A DNA stretch of 61,106 nt, the filler included, from Basidiobolus ranarum (Eukaryota): NCBI GenBank assembly GCA_040143965.1. It is 5 parts of 5 records of this genome, joined end to end, with 100 filler letters (N's around TTAATTAATTAA, not from the genome) between each part and the next. Parts side by side here need not be neighbours in the genome. Positions count along the whole stretch, not along the records: positions 36,757 to 48,884 come from JASJQH010007440.1; positions 48,985 to 61,106 come from JASJQH010007441.1; 3 more parts are not named here. The stretch is one strand, 5' to 3'. Below the pieces are notes generated by a model. The model did not search any database. It was given only the letters and a program-made list of their open reading frames with translations, and was not told where the DNA came from. The position numbers were made by a program, and so were the translations under genes. Positions 39,697-50,663 of the stretch are shown one piece after another (within the stretch, counting starts at the first letter, position 1; every line of letters begins with the position of its first letter).

Positions 39697-40371
39697 TTAG
39701 TAAACATAACTGATATTAACCATGTAATGGTAATGGCTAAAACGGCAAGGTCCAAGACTTATATTTTATATAACATAGCTTTATAAGTATAAGCAATAGT
39801 GTATATTATTAGCACAAAAAACATGCTGAGCCCAAAATTGATTCACTAATTGTAATGAATATAAGTGTATGTAATATCACCAAGAGCGGTGGGATCACCT
39901 TCATGATACCGAAGACTGCTATTTGGGCTCTCCTTAGGCCAAATGACAAATTTCAAGTTAATACATGGAGTGAATGCAGAGTATATCGTAATTTCCAACA
40001 TGCACACAAAAAAGTGAAACAGCTAAGACCGTGAGTAGAACAAATATTTGTCACGATCAACTTAGGAAGGAAACAAAGCTAGGGATGCAGAGTATTCATA
40101 TTTGGGATTAGCTTGATGATTTGATTGCTTGAGCAAGTGGACATTTATGGATGGATTCTTCATATCATTGTCCATAGAATTCGAAGATTAATTTTTCGAT
40201 GATATTTTAATATGATTTTTACTAATTTGATAAGTATTTCAGCAAGCAAATTTACACATTACCAAATTAGTGTTTAAATGATAATACTCTAATTAGAGTA
40301 AGAATCAGTGATATCGCATACAATAATTATATTGCATGTAAAACTTGGTCGTTTAGCCGATAGGAGGCTGA

Positions 40372-40380
40372 ATCAGATAA
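40372..40380 (+). promoter_or_regulatory. ATCAGATAA iron-responsive GATA (SreA/Fep1-type) site upstream of FET4 copy 1
   Basis: Exact ATCWGATAA consensus about 580 bp upstream of the ATG. Confidence 0.5.
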
Positions 40381-40953
40381 TAATCCACAATACACATTCC
40401 CTTATTATCGCTATGTTCAACTCAAGATAAAATTGCTTTAAAAAGATTTACACGAGTCTCAAGAATGGCTTATAGACTGTACCATTTTGCTTTCCCATCA
40501 GCCGTATAAAGTAAGAAGTCAGATATTGAGTCCAGGCACGGTGGTGTCAGAATCAGACTCAAAACAGAAGGAACAAAACACAAATTCATGAAACATGGAA
40601 TACGGAATAATTAATGTGCTAAAGTGGGATTTTTATATATGTATGCAATAGTTACTACCGTGGTGTCCAAAACACTCCAGTGCGAGAAATGGAAGCATGA
40701 AGATGATCCTTCAAATACCTCAATATAGAATAAAAATCTCGGTCGAATCCAACATCAATAACAAGTAGAGAACAATGCTAGTTCCGTTAGGCCCAGACAA
40801 ACGTCCAGACAAACACGTCGAGTGGCCAATTTTTTTATGGCGTAACCTGATAATTCTAATCAGATCGTTTTAATTTTCCTATAAATATTGATCTAATACT
40901 CATCCTACTACAAATACTCATCAATCATTGTTCATTAATATACACTACTAACT

Positions 40954-42498
40954 ATGTCTGATTCCGAGGACAACACGGGGTTAGGCAAAAGAATTTATGC
41001 TTCTATATGTTCACCCGGAAGACAGCAAGCCGTTAAAGCTGCTGCTCCAAACCAATTTGTCACTACTAGCAAGTCAGAAATGGTCGCAATCGTAAGCGAG
41101 AAAATCCCAGAAAGTTATACAATCCACGAAGCTAGGAAGTCCCTTGGTGGTCGCTTCTTTGATTCTATCACAATGCATGCCGGATCACAGTTGATTTTTT
41201 TAACCACATTAATCATCTTGATTATCTGGGCTATAGTCGGGATTGTTCTGGGTGCTCCAGATAATTGGCAGATTGCAATGCAAGACGGTGGCTCAATCCA
41301 ATGCTACATCTCGGACACACTTCTTATGCGTCAACAGCAAAATCATTGCAAAAAACTGCTGACTGTCATAGCCCAATTGCGGTCCAGAAATTTCACTCTC
41401 CAGCGACTGTTACATAATACACGCATTAACAAGAACTTCACCATTTCCGAGATAAATAATCTTCAAATGCCAGAGGATAACGTTGGTGATGCTGCAAAAT
41501 TACCCCTCGAGAACTGGTTTGACAGATGTTGCAATTGGGTCTCAAACGCTGTCGGTTCCATTTATGCTCTCATTATCTACTGGATGGGTATTTTTGCCTG
41601 GATTGGCAGTGGACATTTACTTCAATGGAGTAATTTATGGCAACTCTATATCAACACTGGCACTGCCGTCGAACTCACATTCACTTCTATGTTCCTACAA
41701 CATACCCGTCGCCGGCATATGGAATATCTCGAAAAGTGCCTTGCGTCGGTCATGAAGGCCGATTGCGAGCTAGAAACACTTCTACGTCGGTCTACCGGAG
41801 ACAATGAGCCCAACCCTATTATCGAGATCAAACCACTAAGGGTGACCCGTGCTGTGCGGTCCATTGACTACTACGCCGACGTGGTTGGCTCTGGGATTGG
41901 GGCTATCATCTCAACTGCTGTTTTTGTTCTCTGGATTTGCATCGGCGATTATATGCAATGGGACTCTAACTGGTGGCTCATTATTGGTACCTATACCGGT
42001 CTGGTTGGATTTATCGATGGTTTTGTATTGAGAAACGTTTACTTCCGTCAAGACAAGATCATGGACGAGCAATTCAATCTACTCATAGATGCAGATTCAG
42101 AAATATTTCAGTATTTGAATTTGCAACTACCGACAAAGCCTCTATCTGGCAAAAAATCCTTTATCTGCCTCGTAAGTTACTACATGGGAGTGATTTGCTC
42201 CATGCCTGGAGCAGTACTGGCTTCCTTGATAATCACTGTAGCTCTATTGTGTATTGCTAGTGGCATGAGTTGGAATGAGACCGGCCAGTTACTATGCAAT
42301 ACTCCAACCATGATTATCGAGGGTTTCCTGTTGATTGTATTGATCCAAGCCCACAATATTTCCAATACTAAGCGCCGAGTGCAGCTACATGATATCTTAA
42401 TTCGTAGACTTAAATTACTTCAATATGTGCGCCAGATCGTAGACAAAGAAAACTATCGGAATTTGAATGAAAAAGAATCAGTGCAATACAATAAATAA
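40954..42498 (+). CDS. FET4: Low-affinity iron/zinc permease, Fet4 family, copy 1
   Basis: Intronless, 514 aa. NWQIAMQDGGSIQCYISDTLLMRQQQN, WQLYINTGTA, NWWLIIGTYTGLVGFIDGFVLRNVY, TGQLLCNTPTMIIEGFLLIVLIQAHN. Confidence 0.92.
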   Translation: MSDSEDNTGLGKRIYASICSPGRQQAVKAAAPNQFVTTSKSEMVAIVSEKIPESYTIHEARKSLGGRFFDSITMHAGSQLIFLTTLIILIIWAIVGIVLGAPDNWQIAMQDGGSIQCYISDTLLMRQQQNHCKKLLTVIAQLRSRNFTLQRLLHNTRINKNFTISEINNLQMPEDNVGDAAKLPLENWFDRCCNWVSNAVGSIYALIIYWMGIFAWIGSGHLLQWSNLWQLYINTGTAVELTFTSMFLQHTRRRHMEYLEKCLASVMKADCELETLLRRSTGDNEPNPIIEIKPLRVTRAVRSIDYYADVVGSGIGAIISTAVFVLWICIGDYMQWDSNWWLIIGTYTGLVGFIDGFVLRNVYFRQDKIMDEQFNLLIDADSEIFQYLNLQLPTKPLSGKKSFICLVSYYMGVICSMPGAVLASLIITVALLCIASGMSWNETGQLLCNTPTMIIEGFLLIVLIQAHNISNTKRRVQLHDILIRRLKLLQYVRQIVDKENYRNLNEKESVQYNK

Positions 42499-42830
42499 CA
42501 TAAATTGATACAGTGTATACTTAAAATGAGACGAATTAAAACAATCAATTAGACATTTCATAAACATACAAAACATAACTAATTGGTACGTTTGTTGGTA
42601 CGTGGAATGGATGCTCTTGTAGGATGCTCGTTCGTCTAATAGGCTTGCTATTGGTCATTGCTGGGTGTTATTTATCTAGTTTAGGGCAAAAGAACTGAGT
42701 AGTCTGGAATATATCATTGACATCTGATAGCGAATCATGAGTTAATTTGGGCCACTTCACCATTGTTAGAGGGTTCTCATTGATATTGGTATGTAGGGGC
42801 GCATTTCTTTCCTTCTCAGTTCATATAATA

Positions 42831-42955
42831 CATGTGTCTATGGTACTAAAGATACTCTCATCCTCATGTGTCTATGATACCAAAAATACTCTCACCTTCT
42901 TGTGTCTACGTTACTAAAGATACTCTCACATACATGTGTCGTTGTTACTAAAGAT
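42831..42955 (+). repeat. 34-bp minisatellite, about 3.7 copies
   Basis: Units close to CATGTGTCTATGGTACTAAAGATACTCTCATCCT start at 42831, 42865, 42899 and 42933. Confidence 0.85.
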
Positions 42956-44372
42956 GGGTATTACCCTACCACCATTTATAGTCACTTTTCTGCGACAAAA
43001 ATATCATATTCAATATGTATATATCCAGTACTGATGCGCCTTCATAGAATGGCCGACTCCTATGCATCAGGTCATGTCAGAAATAAAAGAACGAACCATG
43101 CTACTAATATATTCTTCACGCACACCCTTCAAATTACTAGAGTAGAATAATTCTCGAACCTTCTGTCGAAAGGTTCACATCTGTTAAGGGTAATCTAGCC
43201 CTTCTGTTTAGTGAATATGGTAATTATTTGTGGTAGAAGATTGTTTAATTCGTTAAAACAAACATGACACTTCATTTGAAGAGTATTGTAAAAGAAGGGT
43301 AGAAGAAGGGTTAGAATTGTGTTAATTAACTGGTTTATCTGATCTGATGAGATAATCTTAATTCGGCTCTTTTGGATCCAAGATTTGTTTCAGTATCAAC
43401 TTTAGATAACTTATTAGTACGAGACTAGTCTACACCATCGCTTGGCGTTGCTTGAATAAAAGGAAGTATATTTCGTATAAACTGAGTGATTTGATGGTAG
43501 AAATCACGGTAGACATCACGGTAGAAATTAGATATTACTGAGCTGACCTAGTGATTAGATCTGCCCTCGATCCATCCATAACTACCGGTAGATATCATCT
43601 GAGGGGTCTGAGGTGGGTTAGGGAGTATGGTAGTTTAAATAAAAGTTAATATTAAAATTGACCAGGTTATCTCATCACTAATTGGCTTAACAAACCTCTT
43701 CATTAGGGTTGAATCCATATTTGGGGGTTTAATCAGATAGACCGCATTTAGATAGTTCTCGAGTTTTAGTAGTTTTCACACATGTCCAATAGAATATCTT
43801 CATGTAACAAATGTTACTGAGCTTTGATCGGCATAGATACGCAGATGATTAGGTATGGATTTTTGTTGTCTGGCAATAATCTTTGGATCTACGCTTCGAG
43901 AATGGATCATTGTAAGTTATCATTTTTTGATATTATGTAAATATTGGAAATTTCTTGCTTTTTGACAGACATAAGTAGATGTTGCTTTTGGTCTACATTC
44001 GTACTCTATCATTAGCATGGTTTAATGCTTGCTTTAATGCTTACAGATAATCAAAGTTGGAACTATCCATTGTCTGTGCACATTTATGGTGTAATTACTA
44101 GGTCCTTACTTGTAGATTGAATCTTTATGCTCTTTCTTGTCACTGACTAACTCGTCATCTTTTGTATTCTATAGAGTCAGTTGCGATGATGGAATATTAC
44201 AGAAACTGGATTGTTGCTAAGTATAAGAGAACTATGCTCTTGATCAAAGTGAATTAGTTTAGCAATAGCATATTCAATCAGAAGCTATTGTTAGATTGCT
44301 ATGTAATCCAGGTACATGGATGCTCTCACAGTGGCTATAGGTGCTGGACTAGATTTGAAGGGATATTCATCT

Positions 44373-44679
44373 TGGTGAAATGAACATAGCCTAAACATCA
44401 ATATAGTCATATATATCTTAGTATTTAATTATTCCATATTTCACTAGGATATCACTCAATGTTCTCAAGAGGAATTTACTTTGAACATTTTGAGAACTTG
44501 TCCGAGATGCCCCAAACTTTGCACACATATTCCTGGGACCTTCCTAAGCACATTCTACATGTTTGTTTGCTTACCCAACCATAAATGTCAACTTTCAGCT
44601 CAATAAATTAATAAGTGAAAACCACCAATTCTTCTAGTTCCCCAAACCACTTCCAACAAGCTCCCAATATAATTCAACA
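44373..44679 (+). mobile_element. Solo LTR, family A, between the FET4 copies
   Basis: TGGTGAA...TTCAACA termini. Shares GCCCCAAACT, TGGGACCTTCCT and AAACCACTTCCAA with 37334-37682. No clear target-site duplication. Confidence 0.72.
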
Positions 44680-46299
44680 AATACATCATGAATATATTTA
44701 GAGCAAGGGTTGTATATATCCCAAGGAAGATATTCAATAGTGGAAAATCATTTAATTCGTTAGCTACAACGTGGTAATAAAAGTTGGATATATAGGTGAC
44801 GTGTATACTCTTTGTTGGTAAATATTGTTGGTTGATTGGGCACCTGAAGTGACTCCGGAGTCTGTGATTCTGAAAGAGAATAATCAAACACATGGAAAAA
44901 ATGAAAATGATGGTCATACATAAACAGAGCCGAAGCGCGTTGAATTACCTGTAAAGTCTGTAATCCTGAAAGAAAATGTTCAAAGAGAAGCTGAAAACGG
45001 AAAAAGTGACTATAAACGAACAGAAGAGCTCAGAGTTGCATTGATAGCCGATCGTTGCAAAAATGATGGGCATACACAAAACAAGGAAATCAATATTTCG
45101 ACTTGAATAAGGAGCTGAAAACGGAGCAAGTAACATCGTTAGTTGGCTATGCGGGGAAAGAGACTAGTTCTAAGTTAAATGAAGAACCAATATCAGTTCA
45201 ACCCCTAAAAGAGAATTTACAAAAATTTGAAAATGCAGTATTGATGATACCTGAGCATGATACTTTAACGCGTAGTGAGTTTACCTCTTGGCATGTGCAG
45301 TCACTCTATCTGACAACAGTAAAGAAAATAAAATAGTTGATTTTCAAGATGTTGATACTCAATTACTAACGTTATTAACTTGAAAAGAATATGTATTCGA
45401 TCAAGTACGCGGAACGCTTAAACAATCACCAATGGCATTCTTTATATGGCTGACAGGGTTCCAATGGCTGGAATAGACACGGATTCAAACTGATAATCCT
45501 AACTGATAATACCTAGATCACTCAGATTGATGAGGACCCTAGCAGTAGTCTGCATGTGATGTACATATACGGTCAAACTTCTCAAGCTATAGTGTAAACA
45601 TTAAGATCACCCCACTCATACGTTACTCATATGCTACTCATGTATACAGTTATGGTTTATCATCTTACTGGGTGGGATTTGGAAAATATACATAATAGAC
45701 TAGCATTCATTCATTACTTTCAATAGACGACGACCCTAAGGGTAATCTACTTCCAAACCCGATTTATCTACTCCAAAATGAGCCTATCTAAAAATATATG
45801 TTCATAGATTAGCATTGACTCATTACGCACCGTAAAGCAATAGAAATCATTAACTCGGCTATTGAGGACCCTACCAGTGATCTACGTCGATACCCGACCA
45901 TTACATGGTGCTTTATGCTTGTCATATCTATATTGTAATTCGTTTAGTCTCTAGGCTCTAGAATTACTACAAGAATACACAACCTCTAGTTGCTTCAAAG
46001 TAGCATGAGAAATGCAGCAAGCGATTCTTAGCAAGCATTATGAAAAGTACAGTAGGCGACTCTTGATGAGTATGTGAGGACCTCAAAGGTCAGCGAAAAA
46101 AACTGACGCTGAAATGAAGAAAGGCCCAGGCAGACTCAATGTCGAAATCAGTCCTAAAATAGGAATATATTTAGCATGTAATCCGATCATTCTAATCTGA
46201 GGTTTTTTATGACTCCTATAAATAGGCTTCTGATCCACTTCGCTGATGGTCTAACCCTACTTACCAACGTCTCTTGTGTACATTATTATACCGCTAACC

Positions 46300-47862
46300 A
46301 TGTCTTCCCAAGGCAATACCATCACAAGGCTAGGAAAGAAGATATTTTCTGCCTTATGCTCCCCTGGAAGACAATACTCCATCAAATCTGCAGCTCCAAC
46401 TCAATTTATTACCACTAACAAATTGGAGCTAGTCGATATCACTGAGCAGGAATTTCCGACGAGCTACGCAGTCAAGAAATCCCTGGGAAGCCGCTTCTTT
46501 GACTCTATCACAAAGCATGCCGGATCGAAGGTCATATTTCTAATCACTTTAATCATCTTGGTTGCTTGGGCTATTGTCGGCATTGTCCTGGGTGCCCCAC
46601 CCAATTGGCAGATTGCAATGCAGGACGGTAGTTCAATCCAATGCTATATCTCAGACTCACTCCTAATGCGTCAGCAGCAAAACCATTGCAACGATCTGCT
46701 GACTATCATTGCCCAATTGCGGTCCAGAAATTCAACGCTCAAGCGACTACTACGCAATACACGAATTGATAAGAATTCCACTGTCTTACACATAAACAAT
46801 CTTCAAATGCATGAAGATAACGTTGGTGATGCTGCAAAATTGCCCGTCGAGAACTGGTTTGACATATGTTGCAATTGGGTCTCAAATGCTGTTGGTTCCA
46901 TTTATGCTCTCATTATCTATTGGATGGGTATTTTTGTATGGATCGGTACTGGATATTTACTTCAATGGAGCAATATGTGGCAACTCTACATCAATACTGG
47001 CACTGCCGTAGAACTGACGTTCACCTGTATGTTTCTGCAACATACCCGCCGTCACCATATGGAGTACCTCGAAAAGTGCCTTGCATCGGTCAAGAAAGCC
47101 GATTGCGAGCTAGAAACACTTCTGCGCCAGTATACCGGAGATAATGAGCCCAACCCCATTATTGAGATCGAACCACTAAAGGTGACTCGTGCTGTGCGGT
47201 CCATTGATTATTATGCAGACGTCGTTGGAACTGGAGTTGGTGCTGCCATTTGTGTTTCTGTCTTTGTTATCTGGATAGCCATTGGTAATATTATGCAATG
47301 GGACTCCAACTGGTGGCTCATTATTGGTACCTACACCGGTTTGATTGGATTTATAGATGGTTTTGTATTGAGAAACGTTTACTTCCGTCAAGACAAGATC
47401 ATGGACGAGCAATTCAACCTACTCATAGACGCAGATTCGGACATATTTCAGTATTTGAATTTGCAACTACCGACAAAGCCTCTATCTGGCAAAAAATCCT
47501 TTATCTGCCTCGTAAGTTACTACATGGGAGTGATTTGCTCCATGCCTGAAGCAGTACTGGCTTCATTTATCATTGTTTTGGCTCTATTGTGTATTGCCAG
47601 TGGTATGCACTGGAATGAAACAGGCCAGCTACTATGCAACACCCCAACTATGATTATCGAGGGTTTCTTGTTAATTGTATTGATCCAAGCCCATAATATT
47701 TCCAATACTAAGCGTCGAGTGCAGTTACATGATATTTTAATTCGAAGACTCACACTACTTCAATGCGTAAAGCAAATAGTAGGTAATGGAGAGAGTAAAG
47801 GATTTAATGAAAAGGAAATACCAGTGTTGGAAAGAAAAATAAAAAACCTATCAAAATGTTAG
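46300..47862 (+). CDS. FET4: Low-affinity iron/zinc permease, Fet4 family, copy 2
   Basis: Intronless, ATG at 46300, TATA near 46217. Same motifs as copy 1 and collinear along its full length. Confidence 0.92.
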   Translation: MSSQGNTITRLGKKIFSALCSPGRQYSIKSAAPTQFITTNKLELVDITEQEFPTSYAVKKSLGSRFFDSITKHAGSKVIFLITLIILVAWAIVGIVLGAPPNWQIAMQDGSSIQCYISDSLLMRQQQNHCNDLLTIIAQLRSRNSTLKRLLRNTRIDKNSTVLHINNLQMHEDNVGDAAKLPVENWFDICCNWVSNAVGSIYALIIYWMGIFVWIGTGYLLQWSNMWQLYINTGTAVELTFTCMFLQHTRRHHMEYLEKCLASVKKADCELETLLRQYTGDNEPNPIIEIEPLKVTRAVRSIDYYADVVGTGVGAAICVSVFVIWIAIGNIMQWDSNWWLIIGTYTGLIGFIDGFVLRNVYFRQDKIMDEQFNLLIDADSDIFQYLNLQLPTKPLSGKKSFICLVSYYMGVICSMPEAVLASFIIVLALLCIASGMHWNETGQLLCNTPTMIIEGFLLIVLIQAHNISNTKRRVQLHDILIRRLTLLQCVKQIVGNGESKGFNEKEIPVLERKIKNLSKC

Positions 47863-48506
47863 TATTTGTGGTTATATTATAACTCTATTACGTCTAACAT
47901 TTTTGCAGAAAGAGCACCAAGCAATACATTATCCAAAATGCCATGTACATAGCGTTGTTCTAGAGGTCTACCAAGAATCAGTGATAGACCTCATGATTAG
48001 GATCTCCAAAGTTGAGAAGAAGCATTATAAGGTAGTAAACTCTTATGTCCCAGTGTTATACATCTGCAGCTTTGTAGTTTTTTTTCTTTCTATCTATTGC
48101 TGCACTAATGGGGTCTGACGCTCGTTAGGTCTGAGATGAAGTATTTTTGTGACATAAAATATTGCTCTGATATGTCAGACAGCCAATGGCAGCATTAATA
48201 GCTATGGTAAGGGGGAGCAAATTAGAAAAAGATGCAAGGAGCTACTTGTGAACCCAATAGCAAAGAGTGTGCTACAGATCTAAGTGCTAGATTAGTATGT
48301 TAGTCCGCGACCAGTTACTATGTAGCACGAGCGATGGTGAACTTCAGAGACTTGGCCTAGATAAATTAACGAAAAATATGAATAGAAAAAAATATTTAAG
48401 GGTAGATCGAATCTTTAATTAAATATCTTTAGTCTATTTTCAATGGAAATCATTCTCGGCTTATATGATAGAATATCTTTCTACGTTGGAATCAGTTTCG
48501 TTATAA

Positions 48507-48884
48507 TTAGTATTTATAAGCTGAACCACTCCCGTTACCTCCATATTCACCGCCTTCACCACCATATTTACCACCTTCGCCTCCTCCCTTGCCACCGTAT
48601 TCACCGCCAGATCCACCACCACCGCCATATTTGCCACCTTCACCACCTCCATTTCCTCCGTAGTCACCGCCGGATCCATCACCACCACCGCCATATTTAC
48701 CGCCTTCACCTCCTCCATTACCTCCGTAGTCACCACCAGAACCACCACCACCATATTTACCGCCTTCACCACCTCCGTTGCCTCCATAAGCACTGCCTGA
48801 TCCACCACCACAACCGCAATATATACCTCCAGCGCCGCCGGCATATCCGACGACGACACCACAGCAGCCCACAACATCAGGAGC
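48507..48884 (-). CDS. Gly/Tyr-rich repeat protein, C-terminal fragment
   Basis: Frame open to the contig edge: Cys-containing stretch followed by about four GGNGGGEGGKYGGGGSGGDY-like repeats, ending SAYKY*. Confidence 0.65.
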   Translation of the reverse strand, partial: APDVVGCCGVVVGYAGGAGGIYCGCGGGSGSAYGGNGGGEGGKYGGGGSGGDYGGNGGGEGGKYGGGGDGSGGDYGGNGGGEGGKYGGGGGSGGEYGGKGGGEGGKYGGEGGEYGGNGSGSAYKY

Positions 48885-48984
48885 NNNNNNNNNNNNNNNN
48901 NNNNNNNNNNNNNNNNNNNNNNNNNNNNTTAATTAATTAANNNNNNNNNNNNNNNNNNNNNNNNNNNNNNNNNNNNNNNNNNNN
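48885..48984. other. Artificial contig spacer
   Basis: N44-TTAATTAATTAA-N44. Confidence 0.97.
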
Positions 48985-50173
48985 TCACAACCCACTATTA
49001 ACTAAACTCTATTGTAGCATGTAGCCGAGAATGTTCATTGAATCATGGCTACTCAGGGTAGTGAAGTAGGGTTATGCAATGCCAGAAATAGAAAAATATT
49101 TTTCCTCTGTTACATCCTACAGCTAAGGTGTCTACTGCATGGATAATGATTTGAAACATCGGATTTGGCTGATTGACTCACTTCTAGGCTGAAGCTATGC
49201 CTTGACCTCATAGCATCATTTTCAGCGCTGTTTGCAAAATTCAACAAAGGCCGTATGTGATCACTTCATTGGATTCCGAATATCCCCTCTTTGTTCTGAG
49301 AAGCATTCTTGTTCGAGAGGCACCGACCACAGCTAGGAAGTTGTACGATTTGTTTCCGCAGAGCCCCAATGGGAAATATCGGAGATTCCTTTAGCGCACT
49401 AGCGAATGTTGATGAGAACATACACAATTTGGATTTGTATTAGGCATCGCATTGCAATGCCTCTAAGAACTCAGCATGAACTGCACACACTTCCCCAAAG
49501 AAAATCACCCATTACCTGTTAAGGGAGCGGCTTAGTTACTCTAAACAGTAGCATGGCTCCTACATAAATATATATAGTCTACTGTACTGTTGCAGAATTC
49601 GTCATTTCAGACCAATTCATGATGGATGTGTCATCAAGACTATTTAGGCTCTTGCTACAGTTACACTACACTCTAATTTCATGTTTCTCGTTCACAGTAA
49701 AAACTTAAAACATCACGGCCCAAGTTGATTCTTCACCTCCTGTAAGCCACGGATCTTGAAAGTAACACTCCTTAAACTCTTGTTTTCTGAAGCTTACTCC
49801 ATTTGCAACATAGTCCATGAGGCAATCCTCCATCACGACAGAACGTGGTGCTGTACCATCGGCAGTGCTACTACCTATGGCCCCTTGATAGTCTCTAGCC
49901 TCATTTTGGGCACTATACTTCAACTAAACTAGCAAGTGCTTTGTGTGGTTTTGGAGGCGAACAGAAGCCTTAGTGTGGTTAACAAACACTCTTTAGATTC
50001 AGTACATGGTTTCAATTTCTTCAAGCGGATTACTCAACTGAGATGGTTTGTAATTATCAATAAACCTGTATTGGCTTGAATTTGCGACAAAAGAATACAG
50101 TTTGGGGGCAAATAACAACTCCCCAAAACATATTATTATTTATACAAATTGAATTAAAGTCCAAGTCTATAAA

Positions 50174-50360
50174 TTATCTGATTTGAAGATCAGATTCATC
50201 TTCCGTCTTGACATCAAATCTGGCATTTTACTGAGCGCTGTTTTCTACATCTTGAGCAAACTCTTGATTGAGTTCTACTTTCGGACATAGCTCAATGGAG
50301 GAATTCAACCAAGTTTGGAAAGACATCGGCGTTAATCTCATAAATAAATACATCTGATAA
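50174..50360. promoter_or_regulatory. Two ATCWGATAA iron-GATA sites upstream of the ferric reductase
   Basis: TTATCTGAT at 50174-50182 and ATCTGATAA at 50352-50360. Confidence 0.6.
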
Positions 50361-50663
50361 CTCCAGGGTTGGACAAAATAACTTAGGAGTGAAATAAAAG
50401 GCCTGTTGATCTCGGCACCCCTTCCAGTTGAATATAACATGTTAATGTAGACTTTTCTTAATCGCCAATTATATCTGATGAGCACGATGAGCTTATGATT
50501 GGTGATTTTCTATCCCCTGGCACATAGCAGATTATAAAGAACGCTCAAGTGGCTCATCTCCCTTCATTAAAATACTCGACTGCCCTTCCATCTCCATCCC
50601 ATCCTATCCCCTCTCCTCTCTGCTTTGCTCACCCCACCAGGCTCCCGCTTACTGACTTTCGTA

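Noticed and set aside
42831-42955. 34-bp repeats as a CRISPR array
   Set aside because: Head-to-tail units with no spacers, no cas genes, eukaryotic context.
48443-48940. His-rich or extensin-like plus-strand ORF
   Set aside because: Antisense shadow of the Gly-rich gene; the Pro-rich frame has TAG stops and the His-rich frame runs into the spacer.
49200-50050. Broken minus-strand ORF fragments upstream of the ferric reductase
   Set aside because: May be pseudogene debris, but no motif could be assigned.
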